Positions 13,452 to 26,790 are shown, counted from the stretch's first letter. The stretch: 64,000 nt of DNA from Isurus oxyrinchus (GCA_026770705.1 JANJGN010000038.1:2852001-2916000), one strand, 5' to 3'. Translations and numbers: made by a program. The notes: generated by a model not told the origin, from the letters alone.

Positions 13452-13823
13452 TCTTTTCTTCTCCGCCGATGCTGCCAGACCTGCTGAGTTTTTCCAGGTA
13501 ATCCTGTTTTTGTTTTTGTTCTGCTTAACTGGGGTTTGGTCTCCCTGTGCAGCTTCGATTATTGTTATATTTCAAGCCATAATCCGCCTGCACGGCTTTG
13601 CCTCCTCTGTTTGGTCGTGGTCCGGCCTTCCTGTATCTCTTTGGCACCGCTAGCCGGCCTTCGCGGCTCCGCCTCCTACCCTGGCGCCTCCTATCTCCTG
13701 TCCTGAGTCCTTCTCCAGATTGTTTGATACTTGACCGGACTGTTCTCGGGTAGGCTTACTTACAGGTGGTAAATAAATATACTCACCCACTGTGCAGAGT
13801 CGCCCAGAGGATCCGATCCAAGT

Positions 13824-13840
13824 ATCTTGCTGACTACACC
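13824..13840 (-). promoter_or_regulatory. Primer-binding site, tRNA-Ser type
   Basis: GGTGTAGTCAGCAAGAT immediately follows the 5' LTR. Compare TGGCGTAGTCGGCAGGAT, the complement of the vertebrate tRNA-Ser 3' end. Confidence 0.75.
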
Positions 13841-14429
13841 TGTTGTGGTCACTTTGACAAACGGACCACTGGAGTCTCAGGTACAGGTCATGATCGTTTA
13901 TTGGAGCAATTGAAAGGAGAGAACCATCCTAATGCAGTTTGAGATAGCACTCTAAAAACTTCAAGTGTTAACCATATCTCTACATTATTGATCACATATA
14001 AGAACAGTTTCTAGATTCCGATCCCATCAACATATAGGTTTACATTAAACAGATGTCTCTCTAGTAACAAAGTTACCAAAGTACAGACATCATCTGTCCC
14101 TACTTTCACCCTGGCGGAGGCCTTCTCTCCCAACTGAACTAGGACGATCTGTTCTTTCCCTATCTGATATAAACAGGCCCAATCTTGGTTGTTTTTCAAC
14201 CAAAGGCTCCGGTCGGACTCCTCCAACACCCAATCTATCACATTTGCATTCCTTTATGTTCGTCCTGGCCTTGCTGATGGCCACAGGCTCTGAGGGTGTG
14301 CAAGGTTCAGCTTCCTCTCTGTCCAGCCTGGCCTTTAACTATACTTTCAGGCACTGGCTTCTTGGATATTTTAAACAGTTCATTCACTTTCAATAAGTTC
14401 TTAATGTACCCCTATATTCTCCCCTAACA
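13841..14429 (-). repeat. 5' LTR (589 bp)
   Basis: Plus strand tgtt...taaca. 9 differences from the other LTR in the first 69 aligned nt, so the insertion is old. Confidence 0.9.
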
Positions 14430-16745
14430 CCCCCCATCGTGTTTTGTGGCACTAGCTTAATGGGGTAGATTTCGAACAGATCCAGCAAGTCAAAACTGGG
14501 CATCCATGCGGTGCTGTGGCCCATTAGCAGCAGCAGAATTGTACTTGAGTACAATCTGTAACCTCATGGTCCAGCATAATAAAGGCATACAGGAAACTGA
14601 TTTTATTAGCCCATGCATAGAATACAAGGGCAGGGACTTTAATAGGGAATTGTATAAGACGTTGGTTAGACCACAACTGGAATACTGCATGCAGTTCTGG
14701 TCACATAATGGGAAAGATATAATTGCACTAGAGAGGATCCACTCGGCTGGAGCGTCTGAGCTTGGAGGACAGATTTCATAGGCTGGGTTTGTTTTGCTTG
14801 GAGCAGCAAAGTTTGAGAGGGGACCTGATAGATGAATATAAAATGAAGGGCATAGATAGGGTGGATAGGAAGTCATTTTTTCCATCAGTACAGGGGTCAA
14901 AAACCAGGGGGAATGGATTTAATATAAGAGGTAGAAGGCTGAGACGGGAGTTGAGGAGAAATTCTTTCACCAGAGGGGGTGGGAGTCTGCAATTCACTGC
15001 CTGAAACGGTGATTGGGTCAGAAAATCGCATAACATTTAAGAAGTATTTAAGTATTCACTTGCGTTGCCTTGGTCTCCGGGGCCATGGGCCAAGCGCTGG
15101 AAAATGGGATTAATGTTGTCAGACCTTCGCCGACTGGCACAGACACGATGGGCCAAATGGCCTCCATCTGTGCTGTCGACTTATATGAGTCCACAAGCCT
15201 ATATCACCCATTCTATCATTACCATCAAACCAGGGTTCCAACTATGGTTCAATGAAGAATTCATGAGGGCATGTCAGGAGCAGAACCAGGCACACCTAAA
15301 AAAGAGGTGTCAACCTGGTGGAGCGATAACACAGGGTTACATGCGTGCCAAACAGCATAATCAGCAAGTGATAGGCAGAGCTAAGTGGTCGCGCAACCAA
15401 TGGATCAGATGTAAGTACTGCAGTCCTGCCACATCCTGTCGTGAATCGTGGTGGACAATTAAACAACTCACTGCAGGAAGAGGCTGCACAACCATTCCCA
15501 TCCTCAATGATGGAGGAACCCAGCACATCAGTAAAATAGGCAAGGGTGAAGCATTTGCTACAATCTTCAGCCAGAGGTGCCCAGTGGATGACCCATCTTG
15601 GTCTCGCCCCAGAATCACATATGCCAGTCTTCAGCCAATTCGATTCACTCCACGTGATCTCAAGAAAAGGCTGAAGGCATTGAATTGTACAAAGGCGATG
15701 GTCCAGGAAAATATTCCGTCAATAGTACTGAAGACTCGTACTCCAAAACTTGCCAAGATGCTCCGGTATGTCTACAACACTGGGTTCCTCAGGGTAGTGT
15801 CCTCGGCCCAACCATCTTCAGCTGCTTCATCAATAACCTTCCTTTCATCATAAGGCCAGAGGTGGGATGTTTGCTGATGATTCCACAATGTTTAAACACA
15901 ATTCGCGACTCCTCTGATGCTGAAGCAGTTCGTGTCAAAATGCAGCAAGACCTGGACAATAACCTGGCTTGGACTGACAAGTAGCAAGTAACAATTGCGC
16001 CTCTCAAATGACAGGCTATGTCCATCTGCAACAAAGGAGAATCTAGCTGCCGCCTGTTGAGGTGCAATGGCATTGCCATCGCAGACTTCCCCCCCCCCCC
16101 CCCCCCCCCACCCCCCGGTATCAACATCCTGAGGGTTAACAATGTCCAGAAATTGAGCTGCAATAGACATATAAATACTTTGACGACAAGATCAGGCCGC
16201 AGGATGGGAATCCTGGGACGAGAAACTCACCTCCTGACTCCCCAAGGTCTGTCCACCAATCTACAAAGTACAAATCAGGAATGTGATTGGACAATCTCCA
16301 TTTGCCTGCATGAGCGCAGCTCCCACAGCACTCAAGAAGCTGGAGACCATCACATCCGCAAACAGTTACCCCCTGCATCACAGTAGCAGTATTGTGCACC
16401 ATCTTCGAGATGCACTGCAGGAATTCAACAAGGCTCCTTCGACAGCATCTTCCAAGCACATAGACACTGCCATCTAGAAAGACAAGGGAACTAGATATAG
16501 GGGAACGCCACCATCTGGAAGTTCCCTTCCACGTCACTCACCATTCTGACTTGGAAATATATCGCCTTTCCTTCACTGTCGCTGGGTGAAATACCTCGAG
16601 CTCCCTCCCTAACAGCACGGTGGGTGCACCTACACCACACAGAATGCCAAGTTTCCAGAAGCTCGCTCACTAGCTCAAGAGCAATTAGGAATGGGCAATA
16701 AATGCTGGCCCAGCCAGCGAAACCCACATCCCGTGAACGAAAATT
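14430..16745 (+). mobile_element. 3' part of the same LINE (includes a CR1 3' fragment at ~14580-15190)
   Basis: Resumes after the LTR. RT motif VPQGSVLGPTIFSCFINNLP and 3' end gggcaataaatgctggcccagccagc. Confidence 0.75.
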
Positions 16746-16749
16746 AAAT

Positions 16750-19700
16750 GCCAGGGCATCCACTGACTCTGGCACTTTTAGGCGCCCAGGTTATATGCCA
16801 ACAGGCCCTGGGAACTTGTCGGACTTCCGGGTTTTTTTCTTCAGTAATTTTTCTGCTGATATAACTTACCTTAATTTATTCACTCTTAAAAACACTTATG
16901 TTAACCAATATTTCTGGTGAGCACCTTGTGATTTCCATTGCGCACTGCACACAACTGATGTATTCAGTAACTCTGCCATTTAGTCATTCCCCATAACAAA
17001 TTTCCCTGACACTAGTAGGTGTTTACTTCAGCTACTTTTATTTTTTTTAACTTGTCAAAGTTTTTACAATCGTTTTTTATGCTCCTGTCTAGTTTGCTCT
17101 GACTTTGAATACTTTCCCTCCTTTTTAATAACTTTCAGCTGACCCTTTCATGATTTGTAATACAATCTCAATCCTCAGCCTTGCTCCTACTCTTTGCAGC
17201 AATATAAGTTTCTATTTTTAATCTGATGCTATCTTAACTTCCTGCTTAATACTCGGATGTGATTTTTCTTGCTGAGTTTTTGGTTTTTCAATGGAATGAA
17301 TTTTTTCGATAAATCTGAATTATTCTTGAATTGGTTCCCACTGTTTATTAGCTTCCATTGCTGTAATTATATTGCCCAAACCACACTTATCCAGCCCTCT
17401 CCCCATTCTAAACAATTGGTTTTGTTTAAATTGAATGTAACTGTTTGGTAGAATATGTCGCACTCATGCTTAAATTGGAACTTAAATGCATTACAGTCAC
17501 AAGTTCCGGCCGATCTTTAACAATGAGATTAATAACTAACTGTGTCTAATTTTCCGCAACACATTGTTCCAAAGAAATATGCATCTACTTGACGACCCTT
17601 GTCACTTTGTTAAGCCCTATTTTTATGAGGATTAAAGTTCGTCAGTTTTATTAAATTGCCTTTGTGACACGTTCCAACAATTTCTTGTTTAATGTTCTGT
17701 GCAACTGTTAGGTTCTCCTAGTGGATGTATAAGCTCCTCCCACCACTCTCTTTGTCCAAAATATTCACCTAACCAGATTCCACTACATGATCTTCTGATC
17801 GAAGGCCCTTGCTCACTAAGGTCCTTATATCATCATTTACTATCAGTCCCCCTTGGCAATTGAGTCTGCATTTTAGAAATATTGCGTAGCCTGGAATATT
17901 ATTTCACAACCTTGTTCACCGTGCAGCTATGTTTCTGTATTGAAGAATAGCTGTTAATCATTGATCTCGATTTGTGACAATAGTTCATCGACTTATCGTA
18001 TTGTGGGTGTTTTTTTTTTTGCATCCTGATAAGGATAATTTAATTTCATGTCGGCTACTATTGCCGTTATTTTTTCACTTTCTGATGCAGGATTACTGTT
18101 CAATTCTTTGCACCTTCCTGATCCACTCTGCTGATTTTTAGTTTGTTCCATTGCCTTGAGTTTTATCTTCATATTTCGATATCTCCCTTCACACCGACAC
18201 TGCTCCCACACTACATTTGACGATCTACCTGAAACCCTTGTTATACAGTTCACCATGACACTGCCACCAGCCATGTTTCAGCACAGCCTGTGCCAATTAA
18301 ACAATCCTGTCTTTAATGGGTGCTTGTGCCGTTACCCCATGAATTGAGACCCCTTATTCACACACCACTCTTTGTGCCAGGAGATGAATTATCTATTCTG
18401 TTTGAACCTATGCTAATATCATGTCGGTCAGAATGGCTTTGACGTTCTGCATTTTAATTTCAATTCTAACTGCTCTCTTAGAAGAACTTGATTCCTAATT
18501 CTACCACAATAACTGGATCTCCCCCTTTCCCCATCCCCCATCCCCGAAACTTCACATTTGCCTGAAGCTGCGAGGCAGTGTCCCTCACCCTGGAAACGAG
18601 CAGTTATACGAACGTAAGAATAAGGAGCGGGAGAAGGTTATTTGATCTTCGAAATTGCTTTGCCAATCAATAAGACCATGACTTATCTGATAATAACCTC
18701 AAAACAGCAGCCCACCTACCCGAGATTGCCTAAAACCCCCATACTTTCCAAGAATCTGTCCACCTTAACCATTAAAATGTTGAAATACTCTGCTTCTAAG
18801 GCCTTTTCCAGAAAAGAGTACCAAAGACGTACGACCCCCTTGGAGAAATTAATAATCGAATCACCTCCATTTGAAATGGGCGACTCATTTTTTCTTAACA
18901 GTTACCTTGAGTTATGGATTCTCCTACAAAAGGAAACATCCTCTCCAAATACACTCTGTCAAGACCCCTCAGTTCCTTCTATGTTTCAGCCCAGTCACTT
19001 CTTACACTTCTAAACTTCAGCGGATACAAGCCTAGCCTTTCCAACATATCCTCATTAGACAACCCTCCCGTTCCATGTATTAGCCTGGTAAGCCTTCTCT
19101 GAACTGCTTCCAACACATTTACAGCCTTCCTCAAAAAAACGTGATGAACACTGTGTACAGCATTCCTGGTGTGGTGTCACTAGTGTCCTGCATAACTGAA
19201 GCGTAACCTCCCCACTTATGTGATCAATTCCCTCCCAATTAATGATAACATTCTATTAGTTCTCCTAACTACCTGATGTGCTACATACAATCCTTTTATG
19301 ATTCAGGCACTAAGTCACCCAGACCACTCTGCACCTCAAAGTTCTACAGTCTCTCAAAATTTGGATAATGTGCCTGTCTTTTATTCTTCCTGACAGAATG
19401 GACAATTTCACATTTTCTCACGTTATAGTATATTTGCCAGATCTTTTCCCACTCAGTTAACCTATTTGTATTTTTAGCCTCATTATGTGCTCTTCACAAC
19501 TGTGTTTCTGACTTAACTTTGCAGCATCAGCAAATTTGGCAACATTCCCACCCATCACTTCATCGAAGTTATTTATATAAATTATATATCGTTGAACCGC
19601 CAGCACTGACCCCTGTGGCACAACACTCGATACATCCTGCCAAGCTGAAAGGGCCCATATATGCCTCCTCTCTTCTTCCCGTTAGCCAGTCAATCTTCTA

Positions 19701-20900
19701 CCCATGCCAAAATGTTATCCCTTTACCATGAGTGCTTTTATTTTACGCAATAACACCTGATTTAGCACTTTATCAAATGTCTTCTGCAAATCTAAGTACA
19801 GAACATTCACCAGTTCCCCTACATCGACAGCACATGTTACTCCCTCAACGATTAAGCACAACCTTCTGAGCTTCAAGCCGCAGCTGCAAATGACAGCGTC
19901 TACACCTAACTGTACATCGCTCAGGCAGTACTACATTTATTTCCACTACCCTACTCCGCAGCCCGTTACCACCCCACACCCATTGAATGCTTTCCTGCAC
20001 CCTGGAGCCATCCTCACTTTGTTCTACAAACTACAGTCTTTCTGCTCATTCAAATAGATTGCAAGCACTTCGGTCTCTTGGGCAAATTCATGGGCTCAGA
20101 ACATCCCATCAGTATCCACAGCATCCTGATCCATGCCTATCTCACAGTCATAACCCGCTGTCTCTGGTCATCGAAAGACTCTAACTTTCTACCTGACATA
20201 AAGGGGTGACAGTGCCTCCTGGAACACAATGTCCAGGGACTAATCCCCCCTCCATGATTCGACACATCATATGGGACTCTGGCTGCTGCTTGCTTTGGAA
20301 TGCCTTTAAGGAGCGTATCTAAAAGTACTATATACCATCAGAGTGATTGTGATGCATATGCTCAATTAATCATCACGCTGAAGATATGAGCAGCTGGAGA
20401 GACAGGACCTGTCAAGGGACTTTCAGAGATAGGCGCATGTGGTTTCACTGCTTGAAATAAAAGCCCACATAATTGTGTTACCAATCTTCTTGGTTGAGGT
20501 ATCTGTGTAACGCAGAAACCACAACATTGCTCAACAGATCAGAGGTGAGGTCACTCGAAGAGATTTAGTTCTCCAGGATTGCAATCATTCCACAGATTCT
20601 GATGTTTTTGAGTTACAGCACACCAGCATCGCTGTCATGTTTGAATAATCATATTTAATTAACCAATAAAATAGATACTAATTGATACAGCTAAACTAAT
20701 AGCAAGCTATGCCCCATAGCTTTTTGGCAGAAAAAAAAAACCTACCAGCTACTGAAGGCCCCAGATGGTACAAAAAGGACACCTCCTTCTCCCTTTGCAC
20801 TGATTTCCCACTTACACCAAATTTCCAAATTGGCTTTTTTTCCTCGTTGCAGGAAAGCCTTGTGATCTCACTTTGTCGTCTCACTCTGTATACTTCTCGA
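16750..20900 (-). mobile_element. Old decayed CR1 LINE, 5' part (with a second antisense CR1 fragment at ~18610-19850)
   Basis: Antisense RT linker, APE and ORF1-like remnants. Homologous copy at ~35250-37700. Confidence 0.55.
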
Positions 20901-21169
20901 AAGAGAGAGAGCAGATGGCTCAAACCAAAATGCAAATGCTAAGTCAGCTTTCTGCTTTGGTAAATAACATCTATTCGGGTAGCAACATTCAGTTGGCTGA
21001 CTGTTAACTGAAAGTGACATAGCCGTTTCTGTTAACTAGGCTTCTTAACTAGCATGCCTAGGTTTCATACCAGACAGTGACTTCTAATGTAAATTCTATC
21101 TTGTGAAACACTTACCAGAGAGATTCCTGTTGTATGGCACCTATCACCGTGTTATTGGGATTGATTTCC

Positions 21170-23270
21170 AATACATCTTGCAACTTTAAACTGGACAGTC
21201 TATGAGGCAATGTGGACCATCACCAACAGTGGATATCTATTCAACCGCAATCTATAACCTCGGGGCCCAGCAAATAGCCCCCTACACCACTACCATCAAA
21301 TCAGTGGATCCAAACTAGTTGAACAAAGAGTTGAGGTGGGCATGGCTTTGGCAGAATCAGGCAGGCCTAAAATTGAGGTGTCAACATGGTGCATAGAGAA
21401 CACAAGATACTTGATTGCCAAAGAGCAGAAACAGCATGCGATCGAGAGAAGTAAGTAATCGTGCAACCAACATGTCATATTGAAGGTGTGCAGTCCTGCC
21501 ACATCCAGTCAAAAAAAGGGCTTGTATAAGTCAACAATTAACAAGACGATGAGAATCCATAAATACCCTCATCACCAATAACAGGCGAGCCCAGAACATC
21601 AGTGCAAAAGACAAAGCCGAATCATTTGCAACAATCTTCAGTCAGAAATGCTCAGTGGATGGTTGAACTCTGCCTGCTCTTGAGGTCAGCAGCATCAGAA
21701 GAGCGAGTCTTCAGCCAATTTGATTCACCCCACTTCATGAAAAAGCTGCTGAAGGCTCTGGAAACTGCTAAGGTTTCGGGCCCTGACAACATTCCAGCAA
21801 TTGAGCTGAAGTCTTGTCCTCCGGAATAAGCTGTACCCCTAGCCAAGCTGTTCCAGTGTATTTGGAACACTGGCATACACCCCGAAAAGTAGAACATTTC
21901 CTATTTTTAGCATGTGCACAAAAGAAGTGACAAATCCAACACGGCCAATTACCCCACCATCAGTTTACTCTTGGTTATCAACAAAGTGATGGGAGGTGTT
22001 TTCAACAGTGTCACAAAGAGGTGTTCATTGACGCTCAGTCTGTGTTGCATCATCGCTACTCAGCTCTGAACGCCATTGCATTCTAGAACCAAATATGAAC
22101 CAGAATTGAACAAAAGAGGTGAGATGAGAATAACTGCTGTTGACATCAGGGCATCCTTTGACCGAGTGTGGCATTAAGGAGCTCTCAAAAAACTGGAGTC
22201 AATGGGAAACTGGTAAGAGTCATACTTAGCACAAAAGAAGATCATTGTGGTTTTTGAAGGTCAAACATCTTAGTCCCAGGATATTCCTGCAGGAGTTCCT
22301 CGGGGTAGTGATCTCGGCCCATAAATCTTCCGCTGCTTCATCAATGACCATCCTTCCATCATCAGGTCAGAAGTGGGGATGTTCGCTATTGATTGTACAA
22401 GGTTAAACAAGAATATCCACACCACAGATAATGAAGCAGCTCCTGGCCTTGGGCAGCAAGAATAGGACAACATCTAGACTTGGGCTGATAATTTGAAACT
22501 AACATTCGTTCGATACGATTATTAGGCAATGGTCATCTCCAATATGAGAGAATCTAATCATTTCCGTCTGAGAATCAATGACATTACTATCACTGACACC
22601 CCCAATATCAACATTGTGGGGATTACTATTGGAGAGAATCTGAACTGTACCATCCAGATAAATAATTTGGCGAAAAGAGCAGTTCACAGGTTAGGAACTC
22701 TGCAGTGAGAAACTCACCTCACCCCCACCAAGAACTGTCCACGATCTACAAGGCACAAGACAGGAGTGTGATGGAATATTGTCCACTGCCCAGATAAATG
22801 CAGCTCCAACAGCAATCACGAAACTCCATAACATCAGGAAATGGAGCCCCCTTCAATCGCAACTTATTCACTCTCTTAAACGTTTACTCCCTCCATCAGC
22901 GACAGGTAGTGAGAGCAGCATATACAACACAAAATGAACTTCAGCAATTCACGAAGCGTCCATCGAGAGCAAACAAACCCTTGACCTCTGCCACCTTGAA
23001 GGACAAAGTCTGTAGATGAAATGGAACACCACCGATTGCAAGTTACCCTCCAAACCACACGCCACCCTGACTTGGAAATATGTTGCTGTTGCATCCATGC
23101 TGCTGGGCCAAAGCCCTCTAACTGCCTTCCTGACATAAATGTTTTAGCACATACACCAAGTGGGCAACTGCATTTCATTAAAGCGGCACATCACCAGCTT
23201 TCAAGGGCAATTAGGGATAGTCAATAATAACTTGCGTAACCAGAGAAGCCAACTTGCCATTAATAAATCA
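21170..23270 (+). mobile_element. Decayed LINE of the same family as 1735-16745
   Basis: GPDNIPA and GVPRGS..GP..FRCFIND remnants and the same 3' end. Duplicate at ~37980-40070. Confidence 0.7.
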
Positions 23271-24239
23271 ATAATTCGCAGCTGCTCCAAGTTCAGGACT
23301 AAGCTCTCATTCCTTGTTGCTTAACGGCCTATTCATCTCAAGTGATGTTCCCACAGAATGCAGTTAATAAATCTAACTATATTGAATCATAAGCGTCGCT
23401 TTAGTAAATTGATGATTGTTAATTCAACAAATTAATTATCAGAACATAGCTGCTAAGAGTGAATACTCATTACCTAAAGAATATATGTGGACCTTGTTTA
23501 AATTTCTGATATGTTGCTGAATAATTAGACCTTATAAATTTTCCAGATTATTTCCCAAGTTCTCTTCATTCATCCAAGATAATGTTGTTCTAATCAATTA
23601 AATAGCTGCAATAATAAATGGGGGTTAATAAGCTCATTGTTCAATTGAATTGCATCTCTCGCTATTTCTATTTTTGATGTTTTATATTAATGATATTTAC
23701 AGGTGAGTTGCATTAACCTAATAATTGGAGCAATCAGAAACTTGGACAAATTGTATGAGCTAAACAAATGTTAGAAATAAAGATGGGACACTCGTTTTTT
23801 TAAAAAATAAAAACAACGGTGAATTTCAGCATCACACGTATTCCAACCCTTGCGTGTACAGAGTATAAAATAATGACTAAATAATAACACTGTAGCAACA
23901 TATAAAACAAAGATGAATAGTAAATGTATTGTTGAGAACATGCAATCTCCACATGACTAGCAACGGGCGTAATCCCAATGTTTCTAACATTTCATTTAGA
24001 CAAATCACTGCAAATATTGCCATTTCAGATAAAGTAAACGAAGGACCTTGAGCCAATGTGGAACAACAACGTTAAGGTGCAGATCAACCATGATCTAACT
24101 GAATGCAAAAAAATACCTGTCCGTATATGTTATAATTTTCACTCAGTTTACGTCGTAATTGTTCAGAACATCAAATATCAGTGTTTGTATCTGAAATAGT
24201 ATAATTCAGAAAATTCACTTTCTAGATTTGGGCAACGAT

Positions 24240-25690
24240 GTTTTATGGAAAAGGCTGTGGAATTGCAAGCATTATGCCCCTGTTCAAAAAATGTGGTAAG
24301 AATAATCCCAGTAATTACAGACCAGGCAGCTTAACTTAAGCGGTGGGCAAGATTCTGGAAAGAAAAATTATTACAGATGGAATTAGCAGTCACATGCAAA
24401 AATAATGGTTGATAAACAAGAGCCAGCATGGATTTCTCAGGGGGAAATCGTGTTTAACGAACTTGCTGGAGTTATCTGAAGAGGCGACAGAAAAGGTCAA
24501 TGAGGGTAATGCTGTTTAAGTGGTGTGTATGGACTTTCAAAAGGCATTTGATACAGTGCTAATCAACAGACATGTGAGAAAAGTTATTGCCCATGGAATA
24601 AAATGGACAATAACAACGTCGATGCAAAATTATGTGAAAAAAATAGGAGGCAGAGACTAATGGTCAATTGATATTGTACCAGTTGGAGGGAGGTTTGCAG
24701 TGGAGTTCCCCAGGGATCGGCACTGGGACCTTTGCTTGGTCCTGATATATTTTAATTATTCAGAGCTTGGTGTGCAGGGGTGAATTTGAATGCTTGCGGA
24801 TGATAGTCAGCTTGGGAGTGTTGTAAACAGCGAGGAGGACAGTGCAGAACTTCAAGAGGACATAGCCAAGTTGATGGACTGGGGAGGTAGGTGGCAGATG
24901 AAGTTCAATGCGGAGAAGTGTGAAGTGTTGTATTTTATAGGATGACTATTTACAGACAGTCTAAATAAGGGATAAAATTGGAAACAGGGTGCAGAAGCAG
25001 AAAGGCCTCGGGTGTATATGAGCATAGATAGTTGAATGTGACAGGGTGGAGAGAGAAGTTAATGAAGCAAACGGTATACTGGGTTTTGCTAATAGGGGTA
25101 TAATGTACAAGAGCACGGAGGTTAGCTGATTTTATATATGACGCTCGCGAGGCCTCAGCTGGAGCATTATGTACAGTTCTTGGCGCAACATTATAGGAAG
25201 GGTGTAAACACATTGGAGAGAGTGCAGAGGAGGTTTACAAGAATGGTTCCACGGATGAGAATCTTCAGCTATGTGGATAGATTGAAGAGGTTCAGACTGT
25301 TCTCCTTGGAGAGATGAAGGCTAAGAGGAGATTTAATAGAGATGTTCAAAATCACGAGGAACCTGAACAGATTAGATAAGGAGAAGCTGTTGCTGGTCAT
25401 TAAAGGATAAAGAACGAGAGGACAATGAAGCAACTGTGACGTGGGAGAAAACACTTTCAGGCAATAGTGGTTTGGGTCTGGAGTTGCTACCTGGTATTAT
25501 AGAGGAGGCAGTTTCAATGGAGGTTCAAGAAGGCATTGGATATTTGTTCTGAATAGAAACAATGCGCATGGGTACAGGGAAAAGGCAGGAGACTGACACT
25601 AGGTCGTTATGCTCATTTGGGGAGTCGGTGCAGACACGATGGGCCGAAAGGCCTCCTTCTTTGTCATTATGATTTTGTGGTCCTGTTATA
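24240..25690 (+). mobile_element. Decayed CR1 LINE 3' fragment
   Basis: SQHGFLRGKSCLTNL, DFQKAFD and GVPQGS remnants plus CR1 tail. Duplicate at ~41050-42500. Confidence 0.8.
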
Positions 25691-26494
25691 TTGGTTCTCC
25701 CTTCTTGTGTCCTTAACGGATTTTCTTTAAACGTGTTAAAACATTGGCTAGAAATAGATCTTCAGTGGAATTGATTTGGAGGCATCAGGGATCACAGAGC
25801 AACAAGCCTCCAGAGTAGTCCACAAACAAGGGTTTTGTTTTTAAACATATGTTTCAGGAATCTATGTAGCTAACAAGCAGTCAGGTCTGCCTTTAGTTTC
25901 CATTGGGTCTCTAAAAGGATGTAAGCCCGTGCGACTGTGCCAGAAATCAATGTCTATGTTACTTGCATGATGCTGGTAAGCGAAGATGCAATGCTGTGCT
26001 CCTCTGGGAGCTGTATATGAGATATGCACAAAACGTTTTGAAAATTTGCTCAGCTACGCAGCACTAATTAAATAATTTCCACATTCAAATATGGTCTATT
26101 AACAATTCTGGAACAAATGCCAGTAGATAAAGTCTTTCCTTAACAAAATGAAATTATTAATATAAGTGGTGACCAGATGAGTGCTTACTATTACTGCAGA
26201 TCTTGTTTCGAGAATGTATTTTTGGGATTATTCACATGTGTGTTTCCATTTCCTAAAGGGAATGCTTGGACCTTCTGTAACAGCTGGCGAGCCTTAACGC
26301 ATCCCAGGACAAGGACAGGTTCGACAAGCCTGGTGGGTTGTCTGCGAGCTCACGGACGTGGTAAGGGCGTTTTTCTTGTTAATTTTAAAATTCAAATTGT
26401 CATAAAATATTTTAAAAATGACTGAGACAGGAAACAATCCTACTATTTCAAAAGTAGTACTAACACATAGCGGCATTCAATGTTTTCTTCTCAA

Positions 26495-26500
26495 TTTATT
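26495..26500 (-). terminator. Polyadenylation signal after the distal TM2 copy
   Basis: AATAAA on the minus strand at the position homologous to 43324-43329. Confidence 0.55.
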
Positions 26501-26781
26501 TTAATTGATTAAGTGGGATTTGCTGAACATACTCGGTTGTTGTAATGATGCACAATTCTATTTAGCGCTGCTGCTTAAGAAAAAATGTGTTAATTTATGA
26601 GCTAATAGAAGTAAATTAAGCAGAGTTGCCACGGATTGGCTGAGGCTATGCAGCAACCACAAGGTGAAGTGGTGTAATGGAGCAGCTGCTAATGCTGATA
26701 GAGTCACACAATCTGTCCCCAAGAGGACTTCGCCACCAAGCTTTGAATATAAAGCTGAAGGGCCCTGTGGTTAAAGAGCTG

Positions 26782-26790
26782 CTATTTCAC
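26782..26790 (-). CDS. Duplicated Ig TM2 exon coding part (VK*), distal copy
   Basis: ttttttacactgtag|GTG AAA TAG is intact. AATAAA retained at 26495-26500. Confidence 0.7.
   Translation of the reverse strand: MK

Larger units (their letters stand above)
11578..13524. mobile_element. Penelope-like element fragment with inverted arms, nested in the provirus
   Basis: GIY-YIG endonuclease (PCPRKRCNTCP...NLVYCIRCSQCGLLYIGETKRKL) on the minus strand. About 11620-12397 is the reverse complement of 12737-13520. Possible TSD ttaactggg at 11569-11577 and 13525-13533. Confidence 0.88.
2773..14429 (-). mobile_element. Decayed endogenous retrovirus-like LTR element (ERV4/lokiretrovirus-like), with nested insertions
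   Basis: Paired TG...CA LTRs, tRNA-Ser-like PBS, PPT, integrase and env remnants. Flanked by a C-run target-site duplication (2768-2772 and 14430-14434). It splits a LINE sequence (gaggataccccc | ccccccatcgtg). Confidence 0.85.

Noticed and set aside
15065-15853. 262-aa ORF
   Set aside because: Chimera of a CR1 3' tail and decayed LINE ORF2 sequence.
16088-16116. Poly-Pro/poly-Gly ORF segments (also ~51177-51200)
   Set aside because: These are C homopolymer expansions inside LINE remnants, not coding features.
20853-20980. Plus-strand exon-like segment with a good acceptor
   Set aside because: The homologous segment in copy B has an indel and a stop in the longest frame. It lies at the probable 5' end of the antisense CR1.
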